A DNA stretch of 64,000 bases, taken from the human T2T-CHM13v2.0 reference genome, Homo sapiens. Where the stretch lies: assembly GCF_009914755.1 (NCBI RefSeq), contig NC_060926.1. One strand, written 5' to 3'. Shown here piece by piece: positions 52,386 through 64,000 of this stretch. Position 1 is the stretch's first letter. Each line of letters starts with the position of its first letter. The notes under the pieces were generated by a model. That model did no database searches. It was given only the letters and a program-made list of their open reading frames with translations, and was not told the DNA's origin. The position numbers and the translations under genes are program-made.

Positions 52386-55037
52386 TATAACTCAAAATGC
52401 TTAGCTTTTTCTTTCCTCTTATTATCCATGGGACTTTTAACAGGTATACTTTAGTCCTATGTCCTCAAGATAGCTTCAAAATTCTACGTAGAGGTAATTA
52501 AGGAAGCCACGTAAATCTACCAGGTGTCACCCTTACCAATTCCTAGCTAGGTGATTCGGGCTTCTCAAAAAGGTAGAAATGGATAGGAGATAGTGGAGGA
52601 AATCAAGCCATGATCTAAATAAAGTACCATTGATTTGCTAGTAGCTCTGTTAAAGCTCTTTTTGTTGGGTGACTAAACAACATGGGCACTGGTCAGGAAG
52701 ATGAATTAGTATCCTTATGGTTACACAAGTAAGTCACCTTTTGATCCAAATCAGGAACATTCACGCTCTATATACCCAGCCACCTTGTTATTTACCTGGA
52801 TAGGTGTGAGAGAGGAAAAATTCAGTTTGTATTCTAATCATACCCTGTTAGCACATCTTTTAATTCATGGGCCCTTGCTTTTTGTTTGCTTGCTTGATTT
52901 TTTTTTTTTTTTTTTTGTATTTCAGAACTAAATACATTTTTGACATTTGTACCCTTTTAATTCCAGCTAGTCATTTAAGAAGGCAAATTATTCTCAGCAT
53001 CAGAAACGACAGGCAAGCTTATTTGCCTTCTCAGACCTTCCACCGGGGCACTCATAGCAGGGTCCATTAGCACATCAGCTGTGCTCCATACATTTAGCTA
53101 CAAAAGCATCACAGTTTCAAATGGTACCTTGGAATGTACAAACCCACTGCTCAAAAGCTCAGACGTTTTCAGTAACACTAGGTTTCATCTTCCTTTCCCT
53201 ACTTCCTGCCCCTACCTCACATCGCACTCTGGGAAGATAGCCCCAGTGGAAATGTTTTCTTTCTGTTTCAACCCCCCACTTCCATGAAATTAATTACATG
53301 ATGTCATGCTTCATTTTATCTGATTTGGAAGCAATTCATCACCCTTTTGCTGGTTGTATTAGTCCAAGCGATCAGCATATTAATTCATTTGTGAGAATAA
53401 GCTCAAGGGTAATTACAGTGAGGAGGTTTAATGCCTAAACGTGTTAATGTCTGTAATCAGAAGTATTTTCTCAGTGCAGAACAATTGTTAGACAATTACT
53501 GTTGGATATGATTGCCCTAGTAGACAACAGACGTGGTGTCAAGAGGGAAATAGCAAAAGCTTGTTTTGCAAGTACTGTATTATCAGCAAGTTCTCTCTTT
53601 TTCCCCCTACAATATTTTCTAAGATGTTCAGCTTATGTATAGCCATCCTTGTACTTACTCTCTACATTGTTGATTAAGTAAAAAAGTTGTATTTGTTATG
53701 TAAAAGGATCACAGGAGACAGCTTGACACTTTCTGAAAGTCTTACCCTTTTCTTATTCTTTCTCTCCTGGTGCTTTGATTTTTATTTGCATAAAATTACC
53801 AACTTAATCACTGCCTTTTATTTCCCAATATGCCCCAGAGCCTTCATTACCTAATTTTTTCCTGTAATGAGAAGATTCTTAGGTCTAACTGAATAACAAG
53901 ACCCAAATATCAAGACCCAAGACCCATTCTTAACAGACAGCAGTCCCTCCCGATTAGCAAATTGCTAATGAATTGAATAAACATAGTGGTAGAACTTGAT
54001 CATTGATTATCACTCATTACTCTGCTAGAGTAATTTTGTATGTGAATTTTAATTTAATCTCTATTACACTTATTTTTTCCTAAAAATTTTATGATACAGT
54101 TAAAAATAAAATTGTAGTCATAGTTTTCTTTCTACATAGTCTGCTTTCCAGAACCTCTGTTAGGCATGTATAAGATTGTATCTAGTTGCAAGGAACAGAA
54201 AAAAATGACACAAATAGTCTTAAACCATAACCTATAAAGACGATATATCACTTTGTGTAACTGACACATTTCAAGGTAGAGGAAGTTTAAGCATGTTTAT
54301 CACAGGGCTGTAGTGCCATTTATCTGCAATTCCCTGACTTCTCCATTCTTCTCTATGTTGGTTTTATCTCCAAACTGGCTTTCCATGACTCCAGCTAGAT
54401 ATGACATCCCCAATTCTCACATTTGTATGTGCTCTGTGTAAAACTCTGGTTTACTGAGCTCCCCAAGCATCAAACCAGAGTCAGATATTTTTATAATTTA
54501 GTTTAGACATATCTTCTACATCTCTCAATAGAACTTCACCATACTTCTCATGAACTTGAGTTCAAATGAAAGTCAGAGAAATGTAGTATATATGACTTTT
54601 ACATACTCCATTTTACTCACTCTATTTTACTGCTATATTTTGAGTTGTAGCACATTTGGTTTATTGTTGTTATTGTTGGTGATGGTGCTATTGCCTTTTA
54701 AAGCATCTACGGTTAATACACTGCTGAACGATTAGAAATGGCAATATTTTTGTTCACCCATTAGATTATTATAGTAATATTCCAGCTTTACAAATATCAC
54801 TCTGAAGGAAGTAAATTCATGTAAACTTCTTTGTAAACTGCATAATGGAAGTAGATACCTTTCTCTGTCAAAGGCTGAGAAATTGCTCAACTATTACTTG
54901 TCCTCATTTGTATTTCTCCTGCATCAGGGCTTTGGAAATAGTAAATGTATCTCATCTACACAATGAGGCAGCTGAAGGCAGGAAGGAAGTCAGACTGCAG
55001 TTTTCATGACGTTGGAAGCAAATGCTATAGCATAAGA

Positions 55038-55727
55038 TATATTAGTGAGCTAAGGCTGCCAGTACAAAATACTACAGACTGTTTTCGTAATACAACAAAA
55101 ATTTATTTTCTCCTAGTTCTGGAGGTTAAAGTCTAAGATCAAGCAAGGTGCCATTAGGGTTGGTTTCTTGCAAGGCCTCCCTTTGTGGCTTATAGACAGT
55201 TTTCTTCTCACCTTGTCTTCACTTGGTAGGTGACAGAGAGATCTCTGATGTATTTTCCTCTTCTTATAAAAACACCATTCCTAGCTGTCTGCGGTGGCTC
55301 ACTCCTGTAATCCCAGAATTTTGGGAGGCTGAGGCAGGTGGATCACAAGGTCAGGAGTTCAAGACCATTCTGGCCAACATGGTGGAACCCCATCTCTACT
55401 AAAAATACAAAAAATTAGCTGGGCGTGGTGGTGGGCACCTGTAATCCTAGCTACTCGGGAGGCTGAGGCACAGAACTGCTTGAACCAGGGAGGCAGAGGT
55501 TGCAGTGAGATGAGATCACGCCACTGCACTCCAGCCTGGGTGACAGAGCGAGACCCTTTCTCTAAATAAATAAATAAATAAATACGCTAGTCCTGTAGGC
55601 TTACATTCCCACCTAATGACCTCATCTAACCTTCCATCCCTAAGGGCCCTATCTCCAAATACAGTCACACTGGGGGTTATGGCTCATCAACATATAAATT
55701 TTGTGGAGACAATTCAGTCCATTACAC
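55038..55727 (-). mobile_element. MLT1A0-like LTR split by an Alu
   Basis: TATTAGT..GGCTGCC..AGTTCTGGAGG..AAGTCTAAGATCAAG; after the Alu, CCTATCTCCAAATACAGTCACA..ATTCAGTCCAT. Confidence 0.88.
55283..55583 (+). mobile_element. AluS (Sg-like)
   Basis: Full dimer with GGATCACAAGGTCAGGAGTTC and a (TAAA)n tail. Confidence 0.95.
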
Positions 55728-55799
55728 AAAGCTTAGGAGTTATTAAGCAGAGCTATTCTTCAAATAAACACAGAATACTCTATGTTAAAAAAGGTTTTT

Positions 55800-57280
55800 T
55801 TTTTTAGCACCCAGATTTTGGTTTCTAATACCGTTCTGCAAGAAACTTAACCAAGACTCCTCAGAGAAATGACTGATTCTAGAACTGAGACAGGAACTAT
55901 ACAGGATGAGCCTAAAGAATCTTGTACTACCAGAAAGTAAAGAAGTGCTACTAAAAAGACACACAACGATGAGGATTGTGTATCGGTAGACCACAGAAGC
56001 CAACTGAAAGATCTCCCAATGGCTAATGATGAAATAACTTCAGCAACAAAATAAAAAGTTTTATAAAGTAGAAAATAAATATCCATTATCTCCACTCAGT
56101 ATGGACATTTACTTATGTGAGTAAATGATTAAATATACTAATAAATGGTGGGGTAGGGAAGGAAGAGAAGAAACAATCTATGCAGAAGAATTCCAAATAA
56201 TATATGTAGATACTCTGTCCTTGAGAAAGGTAGCATAACTCCTCACTCCTCAAGTGTGGCCTCTGCACAGCAACTTCCTCCAAAGAGCACAGTATGGACA
56301 GGGAGAAAGAACAGAGAAAACTTTACAGGGGAGAATTGTTTGAGATCTAAGCGGTACCTAGACAAGTGACCCTTGATCAAAATCATAGTGATAAATCAGG
56401 CTGTGCTATGGTTTGGATATTAACCCTTTCAAACCTCATGCTGAAATTTGATTCCCAGTGTTGAAGGTGGGGCCTAATGGGAGGTGTTTGGGACAGAGGG
56501 ACAAATCCCTCATGAATGGTCTGGTGCCATCCTTGCTGTAATGAGTGAATTATTGCTCCATTAGTTCTCGTCGGAGCTGGGTGTTAGAAAGAGCCTGGCA
56601 CCTCCCCTCTGTCTCACCATGTGACTTCCGTACATGCTGGCTCTACTTCACCTTCCACCAAGACTGGAAGCAGCCTGAGGCAGAAGCAGAAACAGACATT
56701 GGCACATGCTTCTTGTACCGCCTGCAAAACCATGAACCAAATAAACCTCTTTTGTTTATATATTACTCAGCCTCAGATATTCTTTTATAGCAACGCAAAT
56801 GGACTAAGACAAGTTCATAGTATGTACAGTTGATATGATGTGATAAGAATGGCATTTTACCCTCTTCATTGTTTTCCTCCCAAAACCCAAAACCCCACTC
56901 CAATGAGGGAAAAAAATCAGACAAATCCCAAATGAGGGATATTCTGTAAAATAGCTAACCAGTATTCCTCAAAACTGTCAAAGTCCTCAAAAAACAAGGA
57001 AAGATCGGGAAATTGGACAGCCAAGAGGAGCCTATGGAGACATGAGAAGCAAATGTAATGTGATGCTGATGATGGAATCCTGGAACAGAAAAAGAACATT
57101 AGGTAAAAACTAAGGAAATCTGAGGAAAGTATGGATTTTAGTCAATAATGATGTATCAATATTGGCTCATTAATTAACAATAGGCAAAACTGGGTGGGGG
57201 AATCTGGGATATTTGTGTACCACTTTTGCAATATTTCTATAAATCTAAAATTGCTCTGAAGTAAAAATGTTTTTTTAAGT
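55800..57280 (+). mobile_element. L1MC/MD-type 3'UTR interrupted by MSTB
   Basis: AGCACCCAGATTTTGGTTTCTAATACC; GGAATCCTGGAACAGAAAA..TAGGTAAAAACTAAGGAAATCTGA. Confidence 0.8.
56404..56811 (+). mobile_element. MSTB MaLR solo LTR
   Basis: TGCTATGGTTTGGAT...AATAAACCTCTTT...AATGGACTAAGACA. Confidence 0.92.
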
Positions 57281-59894
57281 GATAAATAGGCACACAGCTG
57301 AAATTTCTTTTTATGAGGAGGACTGAGAGAGTACAACACTATGAGGAAAAGCAGCCACTGGCATGATCAGTAATTCCAAATAGGCCCTAGAGACATAATC
57401 CTAATATTAGAAAGAGTCTCAAAATTATTTCACCCAGTTTCTGATTTTTAATTAATATGAAGAGTTTGTAGCAGTACCTGACGTAGAGTAGCTATTCAAT
57501 AAATGTTAACTATTGTTGTTACTAATAATAGTATTATTAACACCATTAAGGACACCACCTACACAAGTGAAACTTATTTCTTCTGAGCATCTGCTGTCAG
57601 CAAACATGACCTTTCCTCCCTATCTAAGTGATGTAGCTTCTTCTTGCCTCCGTAGTGACAGGAAATAAACACTGGGCAGGGTATGAGGGACCAAGTCTAC
57701 TGTGAGATGATTCAGGCAAAAGCTCTTACATCAGCTGGTCTCCAAAAGTCATTACTCTGCCTGGTAACTCACAAAGGCCTTTGAGGTTCACAGCCAGTAT
57801 GCCATGACTTAAGAAAATCGAGGTATTTCTCTATTCCATGCACAGACACACTAGAAAATGATCAGAGTACCATTTGGGGAAGAGCAAGAGAAAGAGACCT
57901 GTTGATTGCACTATCGGAGGACTCTTCCTTCTTACAGTGTCCACTCTGTTCAGGGGCTCTGGGTCTGTGAACTGGTGCAGGGCAGTGATTTGAGGCAGAG
58001 GCCATGACTCTCCACAGTGGTGATTCTAACCAGTCCCCATTCATCAGCAATAGATTGTTATTCCTGTGATTTGTGTGTTCTTAACTTATATTGAGACCGT
58101 TGAGTAGTGTGGCCACCTATTTCAGTTGCAGGGGCATCATGATTAATTAACATGATAACTATTTCTGCAGATCAAACCATTTTGATGAGAGCTGCAGCTA
58201 CAATTATGCCCTCTTCCCCTGCTCATAATGTTTATGTGCCTCTGCCACTCTGGAATGCCATAACACATCCCCATTGAAATTAAGGAGTTCATTTTAATGG
58301 TAGAAACTCTCACTGTCATACCTGGTCTGCAGACAACATATACCAGGATTCCAGGATTCTGGTGCTTGCCTTGCTAATGTATTTCCCAATATCTTGATAA
58401 CGGGAATGTCCTCTGGAGCTTCCTAGGAGGCATGATTAGGGATGAATGGGCAAATCACTTAAGTATATGTCAATATTCCTACCACTCTAAGACTGAATTT
58501 TTTACAATGCACAGAAGTAACTTTTTAGTTTCATTTTATATAATGCACCACTAAATCCAGGATTCAGTCATCAGAGAGTAAAATGTTATATCCATCCCTA
58601 GAGTTTAAACTTTCACATTGAATAAGTCCTGAACAGTGTACCCGTATCAATAAATTCAGTTCAAACTTGATCTAACATTTTTAGAAGTGTTTCTCTTTGG
58701 TCTAACAGCTTAAGAATTTATTTATATACAAGTACTCTTATTTTCTTCCAATATAAAATGATAAAACTTGTAATTTTGGGGGTGAATGGCACTTGCTTCT
58801 GCATCAGACATTTTGCCTCTTCTCCAGGGTCTACCAGTATTTTGGCCTGGAAGAAATGTGAGTTGGTGGGAGTAGGTCTTTCAGAAAATGGACAACAAGC
58901 CTATGAGATAGAGGAATCGGCTTACTTGCCTTAGGTCATGAAACTTACTAGTCTAATAATTGTACCCCACTTATACATATTGCTTCCTTCATGTATTCCT
59001 TAATTATATCTAGGCAAGAACCCCAAAAAGAGTAGGTCCCAGGTAAACAGTTCCTAGAGATTGATATTTATCTAAATAGGGACTACAGAAGAATCACTCC
59101 CAAGATACAGGCATATTCATGTTATCTCTATTTGATATTTCATTATATTTAATATCTCTTAACTCCTGCTTTTGCCCGTTTGGTCTGTATGTTTACTACT
59201 TTTCATGAAATTCCTAGATTTCCATTGGTTTCCTTCTGTGCAAAGTAAATATATGAATTCCTAAACTTTGCCTAGATCTTTTGAGAAAACCTATGACTTT
59301 TACCTGTTTCTAACATTTGCCAACCCTCACCTGATTCAATTTTCCACAAGGGAATGGCATTCTATTCTGACTTAGGGAGGATTCCCTGATTCACAAAACA
59401 ATGGAATGGAACAGACCAATGACTAAAAGCAGTTTCCAGAATACCTCTATTACTGTATTAAGGCCTTTTCAATATTTATGGCAGAAAAACTTCTTGTGGG
59501 AACTCATGAAAAAAAGATTACTTGAAAAGATTTCTTATTTTATTTTAAATTCTGGAGGCCTTAAGGATTTTTGTAGTACAAAAGGGCATCCCATTTAGCT
59601 GCAAGACACTGCTCTGCACTGCTGTTTATAAAATCATTCTGGTTTGCTTTAGAGCCGTGAATGTGAAAAGCATTTACGCAGAAGGATAAGAAATGTGCAA
59701 AAACAAAACAGAGAGCTTAATGGGCTTTTTATTTGTATTGAAAACTTTAAAGGGTTCATGCTCAGATACTTCAAAAATATTAAATTCGCATAGCAGCTCT
59801 AGGGATGTAAATTTATGACTAAAGTATAATATATGTATAATATATGTTACAAGGAGCTTTTACCTAGGTATCGTAAGGCCAGTGCTCCTTTTCT

Positions 59895-60320
59895 TGTCAT
59901 CTCTGTGACCTTGGATAAATCAATTAACTACTCCATGGGCTCAGTTTTCTTATCCATCAAATGGAGGTTCATTCATTCATTCATTTATTCAACACATATT
60001 TATTAAAATTTAATAGGGGCAGGTTCTGTGTTGAGGTGATAATATAACACCATGCAAATGAAATCTAGCTTAAAAATTCACTATACAGTAAAAGACAAAT
60101 ACCATAAATAAATAATTCAGCCCAATGTAATAACAGCAATCAAAATAAGAAAAAATGTTTTGTGGGAATATGGATCTAACATATGACAGTGAGATGAGGA
60201 AATTTTATAGAAAGTCACAGAAGAGTTTGGTCTGAAATTCAAACTATAAAATTGCAAGAAGAGGAACTTTAAAGGGTTACTGTGAAGGTTCTATGAGCTA
60301 ACAGATATGTCAGTGCTTTC
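59895..60320. mobile_element. MIR (+) interrupted by an L2 3' end (-)
   Basis: TGTGACCTTGG..CTCAGTTTTCTTATC..AAATGG, then (TTCA)n CAACACATATTTATT (L2 tail), then MIR resumes at GTGAAGGTT..ATGAGCTAA. Confidence 0.7.
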
Positions 60321-60499
60321 AAAATTTTAAAATTTAAACAGAAGTTAACACAAACCAAAAAAAAAAAAAAGGCAATTGCACATGAAGTGATGAAGTGAGT
60401 ACTGATTAGCTTTGAACAAATAATTTACCTCTTTGTTGCTATACTTCCACAATTTACTACTATACAGTCATTTTATACTCAGGGTCTTTATAATAATTA

Positions 60500-62260
60500 T
60501 CTATATAAATAATACATTTGATATTGATTGAGCTCCTACTATGTTTCAGGAACAGTTAGGGGTGGGGTTTAACAACGTTTTTAGAAGTCCCTTAACAACT
60601 TTTTTTTGATAAAGTACCTACTCCTATGTAGTGTATATTCTAAAATGAGAGGTAGATGCACAATAAACAAGCATAAATGTAACAAGGTAGATGTAAATAA
60701 ACAAGCAAACAATACTAAATCACATGATGATAAGAATTTTAAAAAAACAATAAATCTTGTAAGAAGATAAAGGATAAAAAGAGGAATGATATTTTGAATA
60801 GAATCATCAAGGAAGAACTCTGATGAAATGATATTTGAGAAAAGATTTCAGTGAGGTAAAAGAATAAACAAATGTAATAGTTTTGGAAAGGCACTGCTTT
60901 AATGAATGGACTTCTTCAATGTTTGCCAGCACCTCACTTCCATCCAGTGCCTTTTTTTCCATCATACCAATGTAGCCGAATTCCAACCTTGGAGCCCAAT
61001 AGTTTGTCTCCTTTCCTATCCCTGAGTTGCTAAAAAATATCACACTGTCAAACACATGACTCTACCATTACCAATTCAGTTTCCTATCCAGTTGAGTCCT
61101 GGTCACTATCCAACATTTATTCTAATTTCTTCAGAATTCTTCCCCAATCTCCAATGTATGATAGCTACCCTAAACCTTCTTTATGTTCCACCAAACTCTG
61201 AGACCTCTCCTCCCCTCTCTTGCTTCCTCCTTCATGGAGAAAAACTGTATAGAATACACTCGGCAGTTACTCTTGCAAAATCTTGCCACAATCCTACAAA
61301 ATTCTAGCATATACAACCTAATTTTTCTTTCTCCTTCCTGGTTCTAATAGAAATTGTGCTGCTTCTCCAATGTCGGCTCACTCCCTTCACCTGTGCTTTT
61401 ATGAGGAATTTCACCCTCTCTCGTATCTTCAATCTTTTTCTCTCTACTGTTTTTTCTATCAACATTTAAGCACACTTGTTTCTTTATATAATAAAATGAA
61501 TACTCTCTTAATCTCCACTTTTCATCTTTTAATCTAGTTGGTCATTTATAATTCATTTTATTTAAGTTAGTTAACTAATTTAGTCCATTTAATATGTAAT
61601 AGCATTGTACTTGGCCCTGAAGATATATTAACATACAAAATATAAAATAAAAGCATGGTGTATGCTTACCAAATAATATCACTAAAAGATATTCAATTCA
61701 AAATTGTGATAAATGTTTTGAAGAAAAAAAAAGACTACTGTAAAAAAGAACACCTCTCCTTTGGGATCTGACATAGTCTGGAAATTCAAAACAGGCTTCC
61801 CTGAAGCGATGAGTATAGAGGGATAGTTTTTCAGGTACAGGGAAGAGCACATGGAAGGACAGTGTAGGAGAATCCTACAACAATGTATCTGGGCTGGAGA
61901 AGGCAAAGGAATGTGGAAGCAAGAAGAACTTGGATAAGTAGCTATTTTTTATCCAGAGCAAAGGAAAATCATTGGATATTTTAAGCAAGGCATTGGCACC
62001 ATTCAGTTTAAGCTTGGCAACATTTGCTATGGTACTGTGTAGGGAATGACTTGGAGAATAAGAATAGATGAAGGAAGATCGGGTATTCCAGAATTCAGAA
62101 ATTCAGGAAAGATATGGTAGATTAATCTAAAATGGTAGTAGAGAACAAATTGTGAATTCAAGACAAATTTACGAAAGCAAACTGAAAATACTGGTGTATG
62201 ATTCAACATAGGTGGGAAATAGATAATGGACACCCAGTTTTCTGGTTTTTATAACTGAAG
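60500..62260. mobile_element. Several L2 fragments in both orientations
   Basis: ATTGAGCTCCTACTATGTTTCAGG; CAGGCTTCCCTGAAG; TTTTAAGCAAGG; CT-rich sense segment at 60.9-61.5 kb. Confidence 0.65.
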
Positions 62261-63083
62261 GGAAGGAGTTGACTGACTGAGGTAGGATATACTGGAGATG
62301 ACCAGGATGAGAAGGATGGATGAGCACTGCTGGGAGTTTGAGATCCATAAGTTTGGTTTCTGCCACCTTGCTGTACCCCCATTCCCTGCCAGAACTCCTC
62401 CACAGGATCCTGGAAACCAAGTGGCATCCCAGGAAAGTGTGAACACATATGCTTAATTTTCTAAATTAAATTCCGCTTACATTTTCCAATTATATATGCA
62501 TAGTTTAAGCCATTTTTTAAAAAGTTCTATCTTTTAGAAAGTTATTTTTCCCCCTAAATAATGGAATGGAATGCTGATAAAATTAAAAGTTCCCTTCACT
62601 TAATCTGTTTCCACATACATTGTGTTTTGTTTATTACCTGAATTTGAGAGATAAATAATAAAATAATTTCAACAAATTTTAAGCAAATTATTGATGAAGA
62701 CACTTCAATTTCTGATAAGATAGCATGTCCCGCAGAGAAGGAAAGGAAAAATCATCTAGATATGAATTTTTTCGGGAGGAATTAAGAGATTACGAGGGAA
62801 CTCCTGTTTCCATGGTGACAACTACATTCGTATTACGTCTTCCAAGAAGACAGGTGCATTTTGATTTACAAGATTGAAAACATTAGTAGCATAATATATG
62901 AAATTATCAAAAAGTATACCATTTCTGTCCTGCAAGCTGTAATGCAAATGGTTACAGTCTCTTTTTTAAGTTTTTGACTCAGTATGTTTTTACTCAATGC
63001 TAATGTAACTTTCATTAGTAAAAGAAAACTTGTTGGAACATTTTTAAAGAAATATTAGGATTTTCTGCAATACAAAATTTCAT

Positions 63084-63422
63084 TGTTATGGTTCAAATGT
63101 TTTTCTCCTCCACAATTCATGTTGAGATTTAATTGTCAATATAATAATATTAGGAGGAAGGGCCTTTAAGAGGTGATTAGGCCATAAGAGCTCCACCCTC
63201 ACTGGCAGGTTTAATGCCTTAATAAAAGGGCTTTTCCTAGTGGACTCTCTCTCTCTCTTTGTCCTTCTGTCATGTGAAAGTGAAGAAACAGGCCCTCACC
63301 AGAGGCTGGCCCTGTGATATTGAACTTTCCAGCCTCCAGAACTATGAGCCAACAAGCTATATTCATTGTAAATTACCTAGTCTGTGATATTCTGTTATAA
63401 CAGGATAAAACAGACCAAGACA
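63084..63422 (+). mobile_element. MST-family MaLR solo LTR
   Basis: TGTTATGG..CCTTTAAGAGGTGATTAGGCCAT..CCAGCCTCCAGAACT..AGACCAAGACA; TSD (T/G)TCAT. Confidence 0.88.
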
Positions 63423-63625
63423 GTCATAAAAAGTCAACTCATTTTCTAATAATATGAACATTTATTTTGAAACAATTCTTAAAGATTAATTTAGATGTTT
63501 GACCTAAATAATCTCTCTGGATTTCAGTTTTCTCATGGGCAGAATAGAAGTAATATTATCTACTTCAAGAAGTTATTTAATAATAGTTAAATAAAATAAT
63601 AAATGTATATGAGTTCTATAATACT

Positions 63626-63900
63626 AAGGTGATCATATAATTTATTATCCAAAGTTTGACCTTTTGAGTAAATTGGAGTGGTAAAAATAATTTTAAAGTG
63701 CATATTTATTTAAACTATTTAATAGCAAATTGCTATATTTTATTGGTAGACATAAATTATAAAAATATAAAAATTACATAATTCTATGAACATTAACAAA
63801 GTATTTAATTGATTATTGTAATATCAAATATAACTTCAGGGAAATAATTATCCTGGGCACTCAGTCAAGTTCTTTACACAATATCTAGACTATATCTGCT
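63626..63900 (+). mobile_element. hAT-Blackjack (MER94/BLACKJACK-like) fragment
   Basis: AAGGTGATCATATAATTTATTATCCAAA..CTTTTGAG matches the MER94/BLACKJACK terminus; right boundary uncertain. Confidence 0.55.
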
Positions 63901-63943
63901 TCCAACACATTATTACTATTGTTTAATGAAGACTGTATAGTTG

Positions 63944-64000
63944 TATTTATTTATTTATGAGATGGAGTCTCCCTCTGTCACCCAGGCTGGAGTGCAGTGG
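63944..64000 (-). mobile_element. Alu 3' end (cut by window edge)
   Basis: (TTTA)n followed by TGAGATGGAGTCTC..TGTCACCCAGGCTGGAGTGCAGTGG. Confidence 0.95.

Noticed and set aside
58138-58158. Short inverted repeat ATCATG-ATTAATTAA-CATGAT
   Set aside because: 6-bp arms in AT-rich DNA are expected by chance.

Overview
This is AT-rich, CpG-depleted, repeat-dense DNA from a primate genome (human-like: AluJ/S, L1PA, HERV-H, THE1, MST). It is intergenic or intronic, and I recognise no host protein-coding exon. Almost all ORFs in the supplied track are repeat-derived or chance. Main contents: (1) a complete 5.85-kb deleted-type HERV-H provirus (12399-18245, TSD AACTC) with a tRNA-Phe-like PBS and LTRs that disagree at the poly(A) signal; (2) a 5'-truncated L1PA and a twin-primed inverted L1PA; (3) a full-length RPS27 retrocopy with an open 84-codon frame, lying ~315 bp downstream of a co-oriented MER66-like ERV1 3' LTR that carries an env remnant; (4) nested solo LTRs (MST/MER39-like, LTR8A/MER50-like, MER34-like, THE1, MLT1), plus L2, MIR, old L1M and hAT DNA transposon fossils. 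Two LTRs carry clear local template-switch scars. A few repeat-poor stretches contain candidate regulatory or splice motifs. I found no convincing new biological system; the findings are modest and testable. Repeat subfamily names come from recalled consensus sequences and need RepeatMasker/Dfam confirmation. Boundaries of old repeats are approximate.
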